From positions 174,902,001 to 174,966,000 of the forward strand of contig NC_083224.1 in NCBI RefSeq assembly GCF_032191835.1: DNA of 64,000 bases. Reading direction: 5' to 3'. Shown in pieces: positions 36,571 through 48,956 of this stretch (the first letter of the stretch is position 1; each line of letters starts with the position of its first letter). The notes beneath the pieces are model-generated. The model saw nothing but the letters and a program-made list of their open reading frames with translations. It made no database searches and was not told the DNA's origin. Origin of the DNA: Heteronotia binoei. Lineage: Eukaryota. Both the position numbers and the translations under genes were made by a program.

Positions 36571-38028
36571 TCCTTTGCAGTATTATGTATAAACAGATGT
36601 AGAGCTGTAAAACCTCCCCCTGTGGTGGACTAGGTAAACAGTTCCTTTAGAGGGATGGTGAATAAAAAGCCAGATAGTTTTATTTAGAGTTCTATATGGC
36701 TAAGGTATTTATAGAAGCACTCAACTGTCTTGTCCTATTAGGTTTCAGCTGCTTGAATCCTCCCTTTTTACCACCTCATCTTCTTCAGTATATTTCACAA
36801 TTCCTTAGACCTGCAAGATTCTTTCCTTTCCTCCTCAAAATGTTGTTATAACTTAAACACTAGGTTTATATACAGGAATGCAAGGATTGCATTTTATGAA
36901 TGGGAAGAGAATGAGAGAAACTGTTTGCAAAATATGCAACCTTAAAATACTTGGTATCTTAATGTTTACTGGATTTATGATTATTATAGCCTTTACAGTT
37001 TCAGTGGTAGAATAGTATTCAACTTTGCATCTTTTCCCGTTTATAGACCAGTTGCTGCTGTGATAGAGTACTAGGGCAATATCTGGGAAGGATCAGAGCT
37101 TTAAAAGCAAATCCAAGTTTACCAATGTTACTTTGACCTTTCTCACCTTAATTAAAGCCCCTTAAGTCCCCTTGTCTGGGTACCTCTGAGAGCTGCTTGG
37201 GATGCAGCATGGGGTAAGCGGCTGCAGACAGCGTGGGAATTTGGACACCCCTATTGCATGAGTTTTTCATCTTGTGCAAGCTTCTAAAGGGTTGATGATT
37301 TCTGTTAACCCATTTTGCACCACATCTCATATTCCCAAAGGAGGCAGCAAAAATAGCTTCTACAGACTAGTTACATGTTGCTGTTGCATAGGATTCAACA
37401 ACAACAATCGTGTAATTAATTTGTTAACTTATCAAAAGCAGCAATTGGATTTTCCGAGAAGATAAAAGTCTATATGGGAGTCCCAAGCTTCTTTCATCAT
37501 AGACAAGATGTTGACTGTCTTGCTAACTGTATAACTATAGTTCCATGTATTGTGTGCATGCAAAACTAAGTCTCTCCTATCAAGAGTTAGTTTGCAAGCA
37601 AAACATTTAAATCCAATTTATGCCACTGTTTTTAATGTGGAAAAGTGGTTGTAAAGTAAAATCTGCAAATCTATGAATGTTCTATTGTGTTGCTTTCCTG
37701 CAAAACAGATTTCCAAGGTAAATGTCAGTTGTGACTTCTCTGCATGCATACTTATTCAGGAACTTGTTTGTTGTTCTTGTGAAAAGAGCATAGAACCTTG
37801 TCAACTTGATCATAACTATAACCATAATATTAACATAACTTGATTTTAGTGACACAATTTGCATTTTCAGAATAAGAGGCTAAAATTGGTATTTCAAAGA
37901 TTTTATATTATGAAAGTTAAGGTTAATAAGTTCCAACATTTCTAAGCTTTTATACTACCACCTCCTCTCGTCTTTTTTGTCTTTTTTTGTTTGTTTGTAT
38001 GCATTACTACAGATTCTTTCATTTTTAG

Positions 38029-38118
38029 GTAAGCTTTTGGGTCGTTAGAGAGATCCTTCATGCACAGACATTAAAAATACGAGCTGAAGTTCTGAGCCAC
38101 TACATTAAAACTGCTAAG
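38029..38118 (+). CDS. RALGPS2: RALGPS2 coding exon 5 ([30 protein letters not shown])
   Basis: 90 nt; acceptor tttttag, donor AAG|GTATGT. Confidence 0.96.
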
Positions 38119-38384
38119 GTATGTAATTCCCTCTTCAGATTTATCATAGTGAGTATTTAACATTAAATTTCAGGAACACATTCAATAAATATTTGGCTCT
38201 TTTTACCTTGTGATAAGAGGAAGTATTTGTGTTTATCAATTATATAATATGTAACTAATTATAATGGAGATATATTAAAAAGTAGCAATTCCTGATTCTG
38301 TGGAAGAGTTGTGAAAATGTAGAAAGCAATACAGTCTTCCTAGTTAGTGAACTAAAGTGGACTGGATTAGGATATTTTCAGTCA

Positions 38385-38661
38385 GATCAAACCAAACCTG
38401 TACGCTTCCTAGAAGCTAAAATGACCGGACTGAGGCTATTGTACTTTGGTCACATTATGAGAAGATAAGAATCTCTGGAAAAGACAATAATGCTAGGAAA
38501 AGCTGAAGGCAGCAGGAAAAGAGAAGGAGCCAACAGGAAATGGATTGACTCAGTCAGTGGCCCTCAGTTTGCAAGACCTGAGCAAGGCTGTTGATGATAG
38601 GACATTTTGGAGGTTATTAATTCATAGGGATGCCGTAAATTGAAAGTGACTTGATGGTACT
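38385..38661 (+). mobile_element. RTE-clade LINE 3' fragment
   Basis: LEAKMTGLRLLYFGHIMRR..SLEKTIMLGKAEGSRKR, the RTE C-terminal motif. Confidence 0.8.
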
Positions 38662-39512
38662 TTGTGTGCACTCACAGTTTGTTTTCAGAATGGTAGCAAT
38701 GCCTACCTACCTTGGATATGATCCAGAGAAATGGTTATTAAGTTCCATTGGATCAGTTCATCTATACTACTGGTTGAAGTAAGGCCTATCTGAAAGTAAA
38801 TCTCATAGAAATTAACTGTATTTCCTTGCAATTTAATTGGGAAATTTAAGATTGCTAGAAGCCTTTAGAATGTATTTATTTTATTTCATTTATATCCTGC
38901 CCTCCCCACAATAAAATAACAGAATAAATACCATTCAATAATTAAAATGCATCTTAAATAATCAGAATATCAGCATTAAAACCAACTTGTATCTTGACAA
39001 ATATCCACGTAATTGGGCCCAAATGGTCACTCTGACCTGGGGTCACTGGAGGGGAGGCCAGATATAAAGGAAATGTCCGCTGCCTCAACTAAACGCCTGA
39101 TGGAAGAGCTCCATATTACAGGCCCTGTGAAACTTTAATAGGTCCCACAGGGCCCTAATCTTTAATGAAAGCTCAACGATCCTGTTTCTTTTTAGTTTGT
39201 CTTGAACATTCTGATGTTTATCTGCTAGCATCCTTCTCCAGATACACAGCCATAATTTAGCCTCCAGTGATATCTTAGACATAGAGAATTAACATCTGAA
39301 TGATGAACAAGAAAAGGCCCTGGTGGAAGCCTAACATCTTGACCAAAGTGAAGAAATCAGATTTACCCCCTCATCACTTCATCTTCTTCCTGCTCTAATT
39401 CTCTCCCCCTTTTCCATCAGTGCTTGCTAAATAATGCATATATAATGGAAAACAAGTTTAGTATTAAAAGTGCAGCAGCAGGGGAAGGAAAGAAGGTGGA
39501 TGTGTATGCCTT

Positions 39513-41446
39513 TGTTGTTGTTCAGTCGCACAGTCGAGTCCAACTCTTTGTGACCCCATGGACAAAGTCATGCCAGGCCCTCCTGTCTTCCACCATTCTC
39601 CGACATCTGCTCAAATTTGTGCTTGTTACATCAGTATCACTGTCCAGCCATCTCATCTTTTGCCGTCCCCTTCTTCTTTTGCCTTCTGTCTTTCTTAGCA
39701 TCAGGATCTTCTCCAGGGAGTGCTCCCTTCTCATTTGGTGGCCAAAGTATTTGAGCTTCAGCTTCAGCATCTGACCTTCCAGGGAACAGTCTGAATTGAT
39801 TTCCCTTAGGACTGATTGATTGGATCTTCTTGCAGTCCAAGGGTCTCTCAAGAGTCTTCTCCAGCACCACATCTCAAAAGAATCTATTCTTCTGCGCTTG
39901 GCCTTCCTTATAGTCCAGCTCTCACAGCCATACATTACTACTGGGAATACCATCGCTTTGACTACACGGACTTTTGTTGGCAGGGTGATGTCTCTACTTT
40001 TTACTATACTGCCCAGGTTCGCCATAGCTGTCCTCCCAAGGAGAAAACGTCTTTTAATTTCATGGCTACAGTCACCATCTGCAGTGATCTTGGATCCCAG
40101 AAATGTGAAGTCTGTCACTACTTCCATGTCTTCCCCTTCTATTTGCCAAGGTGTGATGGGGCCAGATGCCATGATCTTAGGTTTTTTGTTATTGAGTTTC
40201 AAGCCTACTTTTGTGCTCTCCTCTTTCACCCTCAACAAGAGGTTCTTTAGGTCCTCCTCACTTTCTGCCATAAGTGTCATCTGCATATCTGAGGTTGTTG
40301 ATGTTTTTCCCGGCAATCTCAATTCCGGCTTGTGCTTCATCCAGGCCAGCATTCTGCATGATGTACTCTGCATATAAATTAAATAGGCAGGGTGACAATA
40401 TACATCCTTGCTGAACTCCTTTTCCTATTGTAAATCAGTTGCTCCATATCCCGTTCTGACAGTTGCTTCTTGACCTTTACACAGGTTTCTCAGGAGACTA
40501 TTAGCCTTTGCCCGGCTTCATTTTGTTATCCAAGGCCAAATTGTCAGTTGTTTCGGTCACCTTTTGACTTCCTACTTTGGCATTCCAGACCCCTATGATG
40601 AGGAGGACATCTTTTTTTGGTGGTACTTCTAGAAAGTGTTGTAGATCTTCATAGAACTGGTCCACTTCAGCCTCTTCTGCATCAGTGGTTGGGGCATAGA
40701 CTTGTTTTACTGTGATATTGAATGGTTTGCCTTGGATATGGACCGAGATCATTCTGTCATTTTTGAGATTGTATCCCATTACTGCCTTCCTCACTCTCTT
40801 TTGTATCCCGCCCTCTCCCCCTTTGGCGGGGGAGGGCGGGATACAAAAATAAATTTACTTACTTACTTTACTATAAAGGCCACACCATTTCTTCTACGGG
40901 ACTCTTGGCCACAATAATAGATGTAGTGATCCTCTGAGTTAAATTCACCCATTCCCGTCCATTTTAGTTCACGGATTCCCAAGATGTCTATGTTCAGTCT
41001 TGCCATCTCTTGTTTGACCACATCTAGTTTACCTTGATTCATAGGTCTTACATTTCACGTTCCGGTTCAGTATTGTTCTTTGCAGCATCAGACTGTTCTT
41101 TCACTATCAGACACATCCACAGCTGAGTGTCCTTTCAGCTTTGGCCCAGCCGCTTCACTCTTTCTGTGGTTACTTGAACGCTCTTCCCTAGTAGCATATT
41201 GGGCGCCTTCAGACCTGAGGGCCTCATTTTCCAGTGCCATATCTTTTAGCATTTTGTTTCTGTTCATGGGGTTTTCTTTGCAAGGATACTGGAGTGGGTT
41301 GCCATTTCCTTCTCCAGTGGATCACATTTTGTCTGGGTTCTCAGCTGTGGCCTGTCCCTCTTGGGTGGCCCTGCATGGCATAGCCCACAGCCTCATTGAA
41401 CCATGCAAGCCCTCTCGCCACGACAAGGCAGCAATCCATGAGAGGG
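39513..41446 (-). mobile_element. BovB (RTE) LINE with both ends, large internal deletion and TSD
   Basis: (CAA)n tail at 39513; RT C-terminus in ORF 39522-40373; EN N-terminus in ORF 40501-40794; BovB 5'UTR at about 41200-41446; 12-bp TSD TGTGTATGCCTT (39501-39512, 41447-41458). Confidence 0.93.
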
Positions 41447-41522
41447 TGTGTATGCCTTAGTGTTCTATAATGATAATTAAAGCATATCGGGCTAAGTTAT
41501 AGGTCCACATGGGGCCAAGGTG

Positions 41523-41883
41523 TAGGGTTGCTAGATCCCTTGCTGGTGGCATGGATTTCTGCTACTTGACCCTGCCCCCCAGCTGCTGATCGCCTGGCCA
41601 GCAAGGGGAACTTATCAGTAGAATGAGAAAGGCCTAGGCACATTGCCAGCATCACAAAGGAAGTGATGTCGTCATGCCAGCAGCCTCTGGGTGACACTCA
41701 TATTTGGGCAAAATCTCTATGGTAGAAGCCAGTTTTGCCATAGAATTTTTGCCCAAATACCAGAACATCACCTGGAAGTCACTGGTATATGACATCACTT
41801 CATGTGTGGCTTGGGCCTTTCTGTTTCTCCTGATATCACCCCCATCCCCCCCCCCCATTGCCAGAAGAGACCTGGTAACCCTA
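41523..41883. mobile_element. hAT-like MITE with TAGGGTTGC termini
   Basis: tagggttgcta...tggtaacccta; TSD CCAAGGTG/CCAATGTG. Confidence 0.8.
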
Positions 41884-42108
41884 CCAATGTGACATAACCA
41901 ATAGTCATGACACTTTTCTGTTCACTTATTCCTTGTAATTTGAGGAGGTTTAATTTTTCCAAATTATCAGTTTGCTGATGTGAGATTAGTTCCTGTGCTG
42001 TGGCATACCATGCCATGCTTTTTGCAAAGTATGAAATTGTGTTGATTCTTTAAATTGTAACAAACTGATATATTGACTGTTAATTACAACAATTTTTTTT
42101 ATCCTCAG

Positions 42109-42201
42109 AAACTGTATGAGCTGAATAATCTGCATGCCCTTATGGCTGTGGTATCTGGATTGCAAAGTGCCCCCATCTTCAGGTTAACAAAAACATGGGC
42201 G
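42109..42201 (+). CDS. RALGPS2: RALGPS2 coding exon 6 ([31 protein letters not shown])
   Basis: 93 nt; acceptor ctcag, donor GCG|GTGAGT; RasGEF LNN...LMA..SGLQS..I.RL.KTW motif. Confidence 0.97.
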
Positions 42202-44184
42202 GTGAGTAAGCTGAACAGATCAGGGAGTAATTGCTTTCTGAACTTCAGATTAATATGTAAAATAACATAGCACACTAAAAAAAAAAATCTTCCCCATATC
42301 TGGTACTCAGAGGAATATTGTTTCATTTCATGGAAGTGTAGTTCCTAACTTCTGCAGCCGAAAATTTCCTTGCTGGAACACAACAGAGGTTCCCGTCATA
42401 TAGAATTTTCATTGAAATAGTGAACAACTGCTCATAGCTGTCTTTCTTCCAAGAAAGTTTCAACTTCTCAAGTGACTGGTGTTCAGTAAGTGCAGCCTAT
42501 GAATAACTGCCCATTGGATGGGGGGAAGGGAGGATGAGAGAAACATGCAAAATATTAAAGGGCAAAACAAAGCATTTAAATCACAGTGTGCTGAAGGTTT
42601 AATGTTTGCTCCTTTCTTTTGCAATTGGCTGTGGCAGAAAAAAGTAGTTAGCAATGTGGATCATCCTGGCTCCCCTCTGCAAGGGAAATAGGTCCTTCTT
42701 TTGAATGAAGTTAACAGAGGATTCTACAAAGCATCTGGGAATTTAAAAACAAAACAAAAAAATAAAAGACTGCATGGGGGAAAGAAGTTCAAGAAAGCAT
42801 CCTCCTAATTCCAAATAGTGCCCCTCTGCTACCTGAACTATGAAACAATTAATTCCCTAGTAAATTTGGCAGTGGTGGGTGGGGTGTATGCGGCAAGAGA
42901 AATGTTCTTTGCATCACCTGTCACTCCATTTTTTGTGGCTTGCCAGATCCTCATCGCATTCAATCCATTTTTTACCTCTGGTCCCGCCAGCAAGAACATT
43001 TGTGAGAGTTTGAAACTGAAACTTGGCTTGGAGATTAGCAAGAGACAGTGCCTGGTTTGAACCCTGTCAACCCTGGTGTGTGTGTGTATGTATGTAAAAA
43101 ATCTAAATTTTAGATTTTTACTTGTGGCCAGCAATAGATTTAATTCTTTTAAAAACCATCCTCAGATGTTATTATTCAATACACTTGTGTAGTGATTAAG
43201 AACTATGGTTGAAACCTTTGATGCAGTAGTAATTTATCTTCATTTACTTGCTGACTCAGGGCAGATTATACAATTAAATACAGTGCAAAAGGAACAGTAT
43301 ATGAAGAGGTTTATCTCTCCAGGCTAGAGTCATCAGCAGTTATTCACTCACAGCTTTACCTTGTTTTATTTCTATTTAAAGGAGAAGGAATGATTTATAG
43401 AGGCTGGTTTTATTTGATTTCATATTGGGGTGGTGTTGCTCATTATATAAATATACATAAATCCCCATAGAGACCCTTGAAATAAATCCTTATGCAACCG
43501 TTCAACTTTATATAGGCCTAAATGCCTGTTTTGAAAGAACAGAGGTTCTACTTTCTCGGGAAACATTTTCTAAATGTTTTTTTTCTTCATGCCTTTCTTT
43601 CTTTCTTGGTCTTCAAACTAAATAAAACTTCTGGTGGAGCATTCAGTGCTGCTTCTGTTGAAGTTCATTCAAGCATTCTCTAATTTGGCATCTTGTCATA
43701 AACATGATTCGTTTCTAGTTTGGGGCGAGAACTGGAACAGACTTTTAATAACTCTATGTGTGATACATGAACTCTGCCCATTTTGAACATGCCAAAACCA
43801 TGATGTTTTGAAACTTATATACATGCGATAGAATCTACAGACTATATTTTGCTTTAATGATCTACACTGAGCATGGTTTGAATCATGGTAGCTAAACGAC
43901 AGTGGTCTTTTGTTCTAAATAAATGTTTAGGTTTTATTGTATCATTTTCTCAGTAACAATATCTTAATAATTTAGAGAAACTTGCCTATATAGATTATGA
44001 TGTCTAAATATTTAAGTGAACAGGTAGGCCAGTCAGAACAGAAATAACAGAAGGTTTTGCTTTATTTGCAGCTATCCAAGGGAATCATTTTTCTTTGAAC
44101 AGGCACTTGTTATGTTCTGATTGCTGAGGGATATGATATACTGTTCTGGTGGCCAAGGCTGTAACAAATGTGAACCTAAATGGG

Positions 44185-44290
44185 TGGCATAAAGTTAGAG
44201 TCCAGTAGCACCTTTAAGACCAACAAAGCGCTACTGGACTCAAATTTTATTCTGTTGAATCAGAGCAACACAGCTACCCACCTATATCTA
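44185..44290. mobile_element. Collapsed Penelope-derived short element
   Basis: 12-bp inverted repeat gagtccagtagc / gctactggactc; same family as 3481-3822 and 47370-47490. Confidence 0.6.
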
Positions 44291-45013
44291 CTATGAGTGG
44301 AGATGTTCAGAAAGTCAGATAACAAGATGGGATTTCTCAAAAATTACGAGATTAATTTAAAGGAAGCAAAAAACAAGAGTTGGAAAATATCCCTTCAGGA
44401 AACATGGAAAGGCTATTTTATGCCACTGTAATTGAGGCTGACATAACTGTATCATGAATTATAAGACACATATACAACATGTCCTAAGAACATGCTAGTA
44501 TGGCTGAAAACCAGTCACAAGAGTCATAAGGAAGGCTTCATTTAAAAAAAATGAAGAGTCTGCAAAAGAGAAAAAACCTTAAAAGAGCACAGATTCTGAC
44601 AAAATTTACTTAATGCAAAGCAAGCTAAAGAGGAGTTTGAGGATGAAATTGATTAAGATGCTAGATACCTGTTTTAGGAAAGGATGCAGTGAAAGTCCAA
44701 GTGACAAAGCAAGATGTTTTATGTTTAATTGACAAATTTTAAATTAGCAAATCACTGAGGCTTAATTAATTAGAGATTTTAAGGAGCGCAGATGTGAAAC
44801 TGCTGATCTTTTAAACAAATATGCAGTGTTATTAAAACATTTATAATGTAATTTAGTGGAATACTGAATTTTTTAAAAAGGCATCCTGGGGAAAGTACAA
44901 ACCCATCATCCCAACTAGAGATGGGATGAGATGTGCATAGGCTACAGAAATGTAAAAATATTGGGAATTACTAGGAAAAGGTCTGAAAATAAACCCATCA
45001 GTAAAGTCATATC

Positions 45014-45431
45014 TGACAGAGTAGTAGTGGAAGCGTCCTTCAGGGCCACTCTGGTCAGACCAGTCTCAGTTGTTGCTCTAATGAAGACACTCACAAAGAC
45101 AGCCGGTTCAACAAAGTTGTATTGGGGTTAGGCATATATCATAGTCAAGTCACAGTCCAAGAATCATTCACTTACAATTAGTCCAGCCAGACAAAGGTAC
45201 AAATACACAGTCCAAATAGAATAGTCAAGTTACAGTCCTCTATCATCAATCCTTTATCAATCCAACAGTCCAACAGCACGCCACGCTCTATCCATCTGAT
45301 CAACTCCACACAAGATAGACATTGGGCTACTGCTTTTATACCCCCCTTAACCAATCACATTGTTCATTGGCTAATGGCATTCACATGATACTCACATGCT
45401 TACACTTAAACACCTGTATGCAAGAGTTACA
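45014..45431 (-). mobile_element. Probable solo LTR (about 420 bp)
   Basis: TG...CA termini; on - strand CCAAT, ATTGG, then TATAAAAG (45333-45340) and a downstream AATACA. No clean TSD. Confidence 0.55.
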
Positions 45432-45581
45432 CAATCCTTTTAGCAGTTCCAATAAGCCTTAAAGCTATAGGATACTGTCAGTATCCATATATAAGTTGAT
45501 GGTATGGCCACACTTAGAATTCTTTGATCTTCCCATTTCACCAACAGTATTATAGCACTGGAAGAGTATAATAAAAGAATG

Positions 45582-45755
45582 CAAGGCTTTTTTTTGTAGC
45601 AGGAACTCTTTTGCACACACCCCTGATGTAGCCAATTCTCCAAGAGCTTACACGGTTCTTAGTACAGGGCCTACTGTAAGCTCCAGGAGGATTGGCTACA
45701 TCTGGGGGATGTGGCCTAATATGCGAAGGAGTTCCTGCTACAAAAAAAAGCCCTG
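45582..45755. mobile_element. Palindromic hAT-type MITE (CAGGGCTTTTTTT terminus)
   Basis: TSD AAAGAATG/AAAGAAAG (7/8). Confidence 0.88.
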
Positions 45756-46328
45756 AAAGAAAGATAATCAAAATTATCAGTGTTGGCACAGTTTTCTTAC
45801 CGGGAAAGGTACAAATATTTGCACAGTTCTATTTCAGGAAAATATAACTAACAGGAGGTCATAATAAGAGTTATATGAAACTGTGAATGGGGTGGAGAAA
45901 GCTGGATGAAAAGCATCCTCTGTCATAGAAGAACTCAGGAACAGTCAATTAAACTGATTTGACTAGTACAGAGACAAGTACAGTTTCACATGATGTATAA
46001 CTAACTATCGCAAATGTGGCAAGATTACTGCTACAATAAATGGCTTTTAAAAATTCATCATCCATGAATTTGGCTAATTCTAGTAATGGCTATTAAATGA
46101 CAGCAAAATGGAACCTCCAGGTTTATAAGCAGTATTCCTCTGAACAAAAATCACTTTGTTAATCTTCCCAAAGACTCTTTTCCAGATTTTCATGTATTAA
46201 TCAACTGTGACTCTGTCCTTGTACACTACCAACAATAGTTAACATATTGGAGGACAACAACGGAAGACAACAAAAGAGTACCAAACGCATTCACAATAAC
46301 AGTGTTTTGGTTCTTCTTTCCCCCAAAG

Positions 46329-46455
46329 TTACTGAGCCGGAAGGACAAAACTACCTTTGAAAAGCTGGAATATGTAATGAGTAAAGAAGACAATTATAAA
46401 CGGCTTAGAGACTACATTAGCAGCTTGAAGATGACTCCCTGTATTCCTTATTTAG
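46329..46455 (+). CDS. RALGPS2: RALGPS2 coding exon 7 ([42 protein letters not shown]+G)
   Basis: 127 nt; AAG acceptor after a pyrimidine tract, donor TAG|GTAAGA; PCIPYLG motif. I did not find the next exon in the window. Confidence 0.96.
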
Positions 46456-46609
46456 GTAAGATGAACAAATTAACGGAGGTTTTTTGTTTGCATTACAAAC
46501 TTCTTAGTACGTGCACAGTGGCTATGGACTTAAATCCTTGTAAAAATTTGCCAACCTCTTGTCAGTTCTCAACTGGTTTGTGCTTTAGAGAATGAATTTT
46601 GCATATTAG

Positions 46610-47060
46610 GCCACATATAAAAATTATTTTAAAAGACTTTGCTCAGTATTATTTCTCTTACACTTGATTATTGTGCCTATGAATTTTGCCACTGAGAGGG
46701 TGACACGATCATTTGTATCTGACAGCAGCCATGACACCTGGGCCCACACACTCAGCAATTCCAAATTTTTAAGTAAAGGGGTGACCAAATTAGCCCTTAA
46801 CTTGTTAAATATAGGGCATTCCATAATCATATGTTCAATAGTTTTGATGTTATCATATGAGCATCTGCATGTTCTATTAGAGTATGATACTCTCTTATAT
46901 CTGCCCTCCAAAACCACTGAGGGAAGAGCATTCATTCTTGCCAAAGTAAAAGTCTTCTTAGATTTGAGACTGTCAGTTGATAAAAATATTTTGGCAGTTG
47001 CATCAGGAGGGCAATTCCCAAATGGAGCGATGAACATGCCCTGCACACCCTAAAAGACGT
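46610..47060 (-). mobile_element. Non-LTR retrotransposon 3' end with CCHC-type motif (RTE-X-like)
   Basis: FTLARMNALPSVVLEGRY...RTCRC...TIEHMIMECPIFNKLR. A related degraded 3' end lies at about 55230-55570. Confidence 0.7.
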
Positions 47061-47369
47061 ACTTGTAACATCTAACTTCCTTACACACTTTGGAATGAAT
47101 GTCTTGTGTTCTCAAGAATTCAGTGTCCTGTTTTCTGAGAAAGGTCCACTCTCTGTTACGTAGCTTTAGAACTTATTTACATAGCACCTACTCTGGACCA
47201 ACTTTCAGGCTGATTTAAATTAGTGTGTTGTGGCTGTTCACAATAAGTGTCTTGCCATGTGTCCAGATTTGCTGGCTCACTTGTTAATGGTTGGTGCCTG
47301 AAGTTAGCTATGCACTTGTGGGTGCAAATTCCTGTGGGGGGGGGGGAGCCTTGTCAGCCTGCTGCAGCA

Positions 47370-47490
47370 AAACAAAAAGGAGTCTGGGTTGGCATCTGTA
47401 TCTGAAGAAGTGTGCTTGCACACAAAAGCTTACACAGTGAATAAAATTTTGTTGGTCTTAAAGGTGCTGCTGGATTCAAAACTGTTCTGT
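47370..47490 (+). mobile_element. Penelope-derived short element with a hammerhead relic
   Basis: GTAT-CTGAAGA-A-GTGTGC-TT-GCACAC-AAAA-GCTT at 47398-47431. Confidence 0.65.
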
Positions 47491-48744
47491 AACTAGTGAT
47501 AACAGTCTGAAATCTCACTTCTTGCATCTGATGGTGAAGCTGAAAGGTCATGCTACAGTAAATTATTATTTTTAAGTACCACAAGAACATTTTCTGTTTA
47601 TACTTGTGAGTGGCTTGTTGCCACATACAAATAAAATAAATTTAACAAACTGGCTGAAACTTCCTAGAGGTCTATGAAGCCTCTAAAGAAATTTGCTGAT
47701 ATATTATCTGAAAATAATTAAAATAGTTATAGTAATAGTTTTGTTATTGGCTTTAAAGTCTATAGAATGTTGATTTAGAACATGACAGCCCCCCCCCTCG
47801 AATAACTTTCCTATATTGTCTGTTTTCTTCTTGAACACTGAAACAGTATAGTTCACACTAAAGTTACTTGCTGCCCTGTGAATGAAAAGCTATATAGAGA
47901 AAAATCCAGTGCTGTGACATACTCTTATGTGCTTTTTTGTAGTGGTAAAGACTCTTTTTTTATATCCAGCATACAACTTTGGATATCTTACACACATAAT
48001 ACTTTGGATTCTATTTTCTATTCATTGGTGGGGAGGCGCATATTTCTACACAGACAGGGGATTTGCATGGGTTGAATGGGAGGCAGCTTTTCTTGTCTAA
48101 TGGATTGGTACTGGAGGAAGAAACTTGTGAAGGTGCTGCAGAATTTACCTGGTATAGCCTTATGAGCCAGCAAGTAGCTATGATCACCACTAACCCTATC
48201 CCTCCAGGGTAACTGCCCCTTTAAGTGCCTTTCCCTCCCCTCCATTAGAAACAATGGAGGATGGGGGCACCTTCTTCTGGGGCCCATAAAATTGGACTCC
48301 TTGGTCCAAATTTTTGGAAACTTTGGGGAGGGGAGTTTGAGGGGCTATGCAAATTTGGTGCCTCTACCTCAAAAAAACACCCCCAAGCCCCAGATACCCC
48401 TAGATGGGTTCTCCATTATAACAAAAAAAAATCATCAATCCCAGTTATTTCCCAAATCCCAATATCATACTGAAGACCTGAGAGATATTGTGGTGAAAGG
48501 TGTGGTTGCGCGGCGGAGAATAGCAGAACAAGTGACTAGGGCATAATTACAATCCATTGCTACTTCAGTAAAGCCACTCCTAACAAGATAGTAAAATGCT
48601 TGTAAAGTATTACATGTTTGTAAAGTAGTTAGGGATTTGTGCAATAACCGGTAATTGTTCACAGTGGTTTCTGTCAGTTACTTTTGTCACAGTGTTTAAT
48701 ACTGATAGACCCTGGAGTTAGATTGTAGAACTGCACTTTAGTGT

Positions 48745-48952
48745 TAGGGTTGCAAGCTCTGTGTTAGGAAATATTAGGAGATTTTTGGGGGTGGAGCTTG
48801 GGGAAGACAGGGTTTGGGGAGGGCAGAGCATAATGCCATAGAGTCCACCCTTCAGAGCAGCCATTTTCTCCAGGTGAATTTATCTCAATCATCTGGAGAT
48901 CAGTTGTGATGGCAGGAGATTTACAGGTGCTACTTGAAGTTTGACGTCTCTA
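48745..48952. mobile_element. TAGGGTTGC-type MITE, degraded
   Basis: tagggttgcaagctc start; body catagagtccacccttcagagcagccattttctccagg. Confidence 0.6.
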
Positions 48953-48956
48953 TTTA

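Noticed and set aside
39820-40377. 185-aa and 144-aa ORFs on the + strand
   Set aside because: Antisense shadows of the BovB RT ORF.
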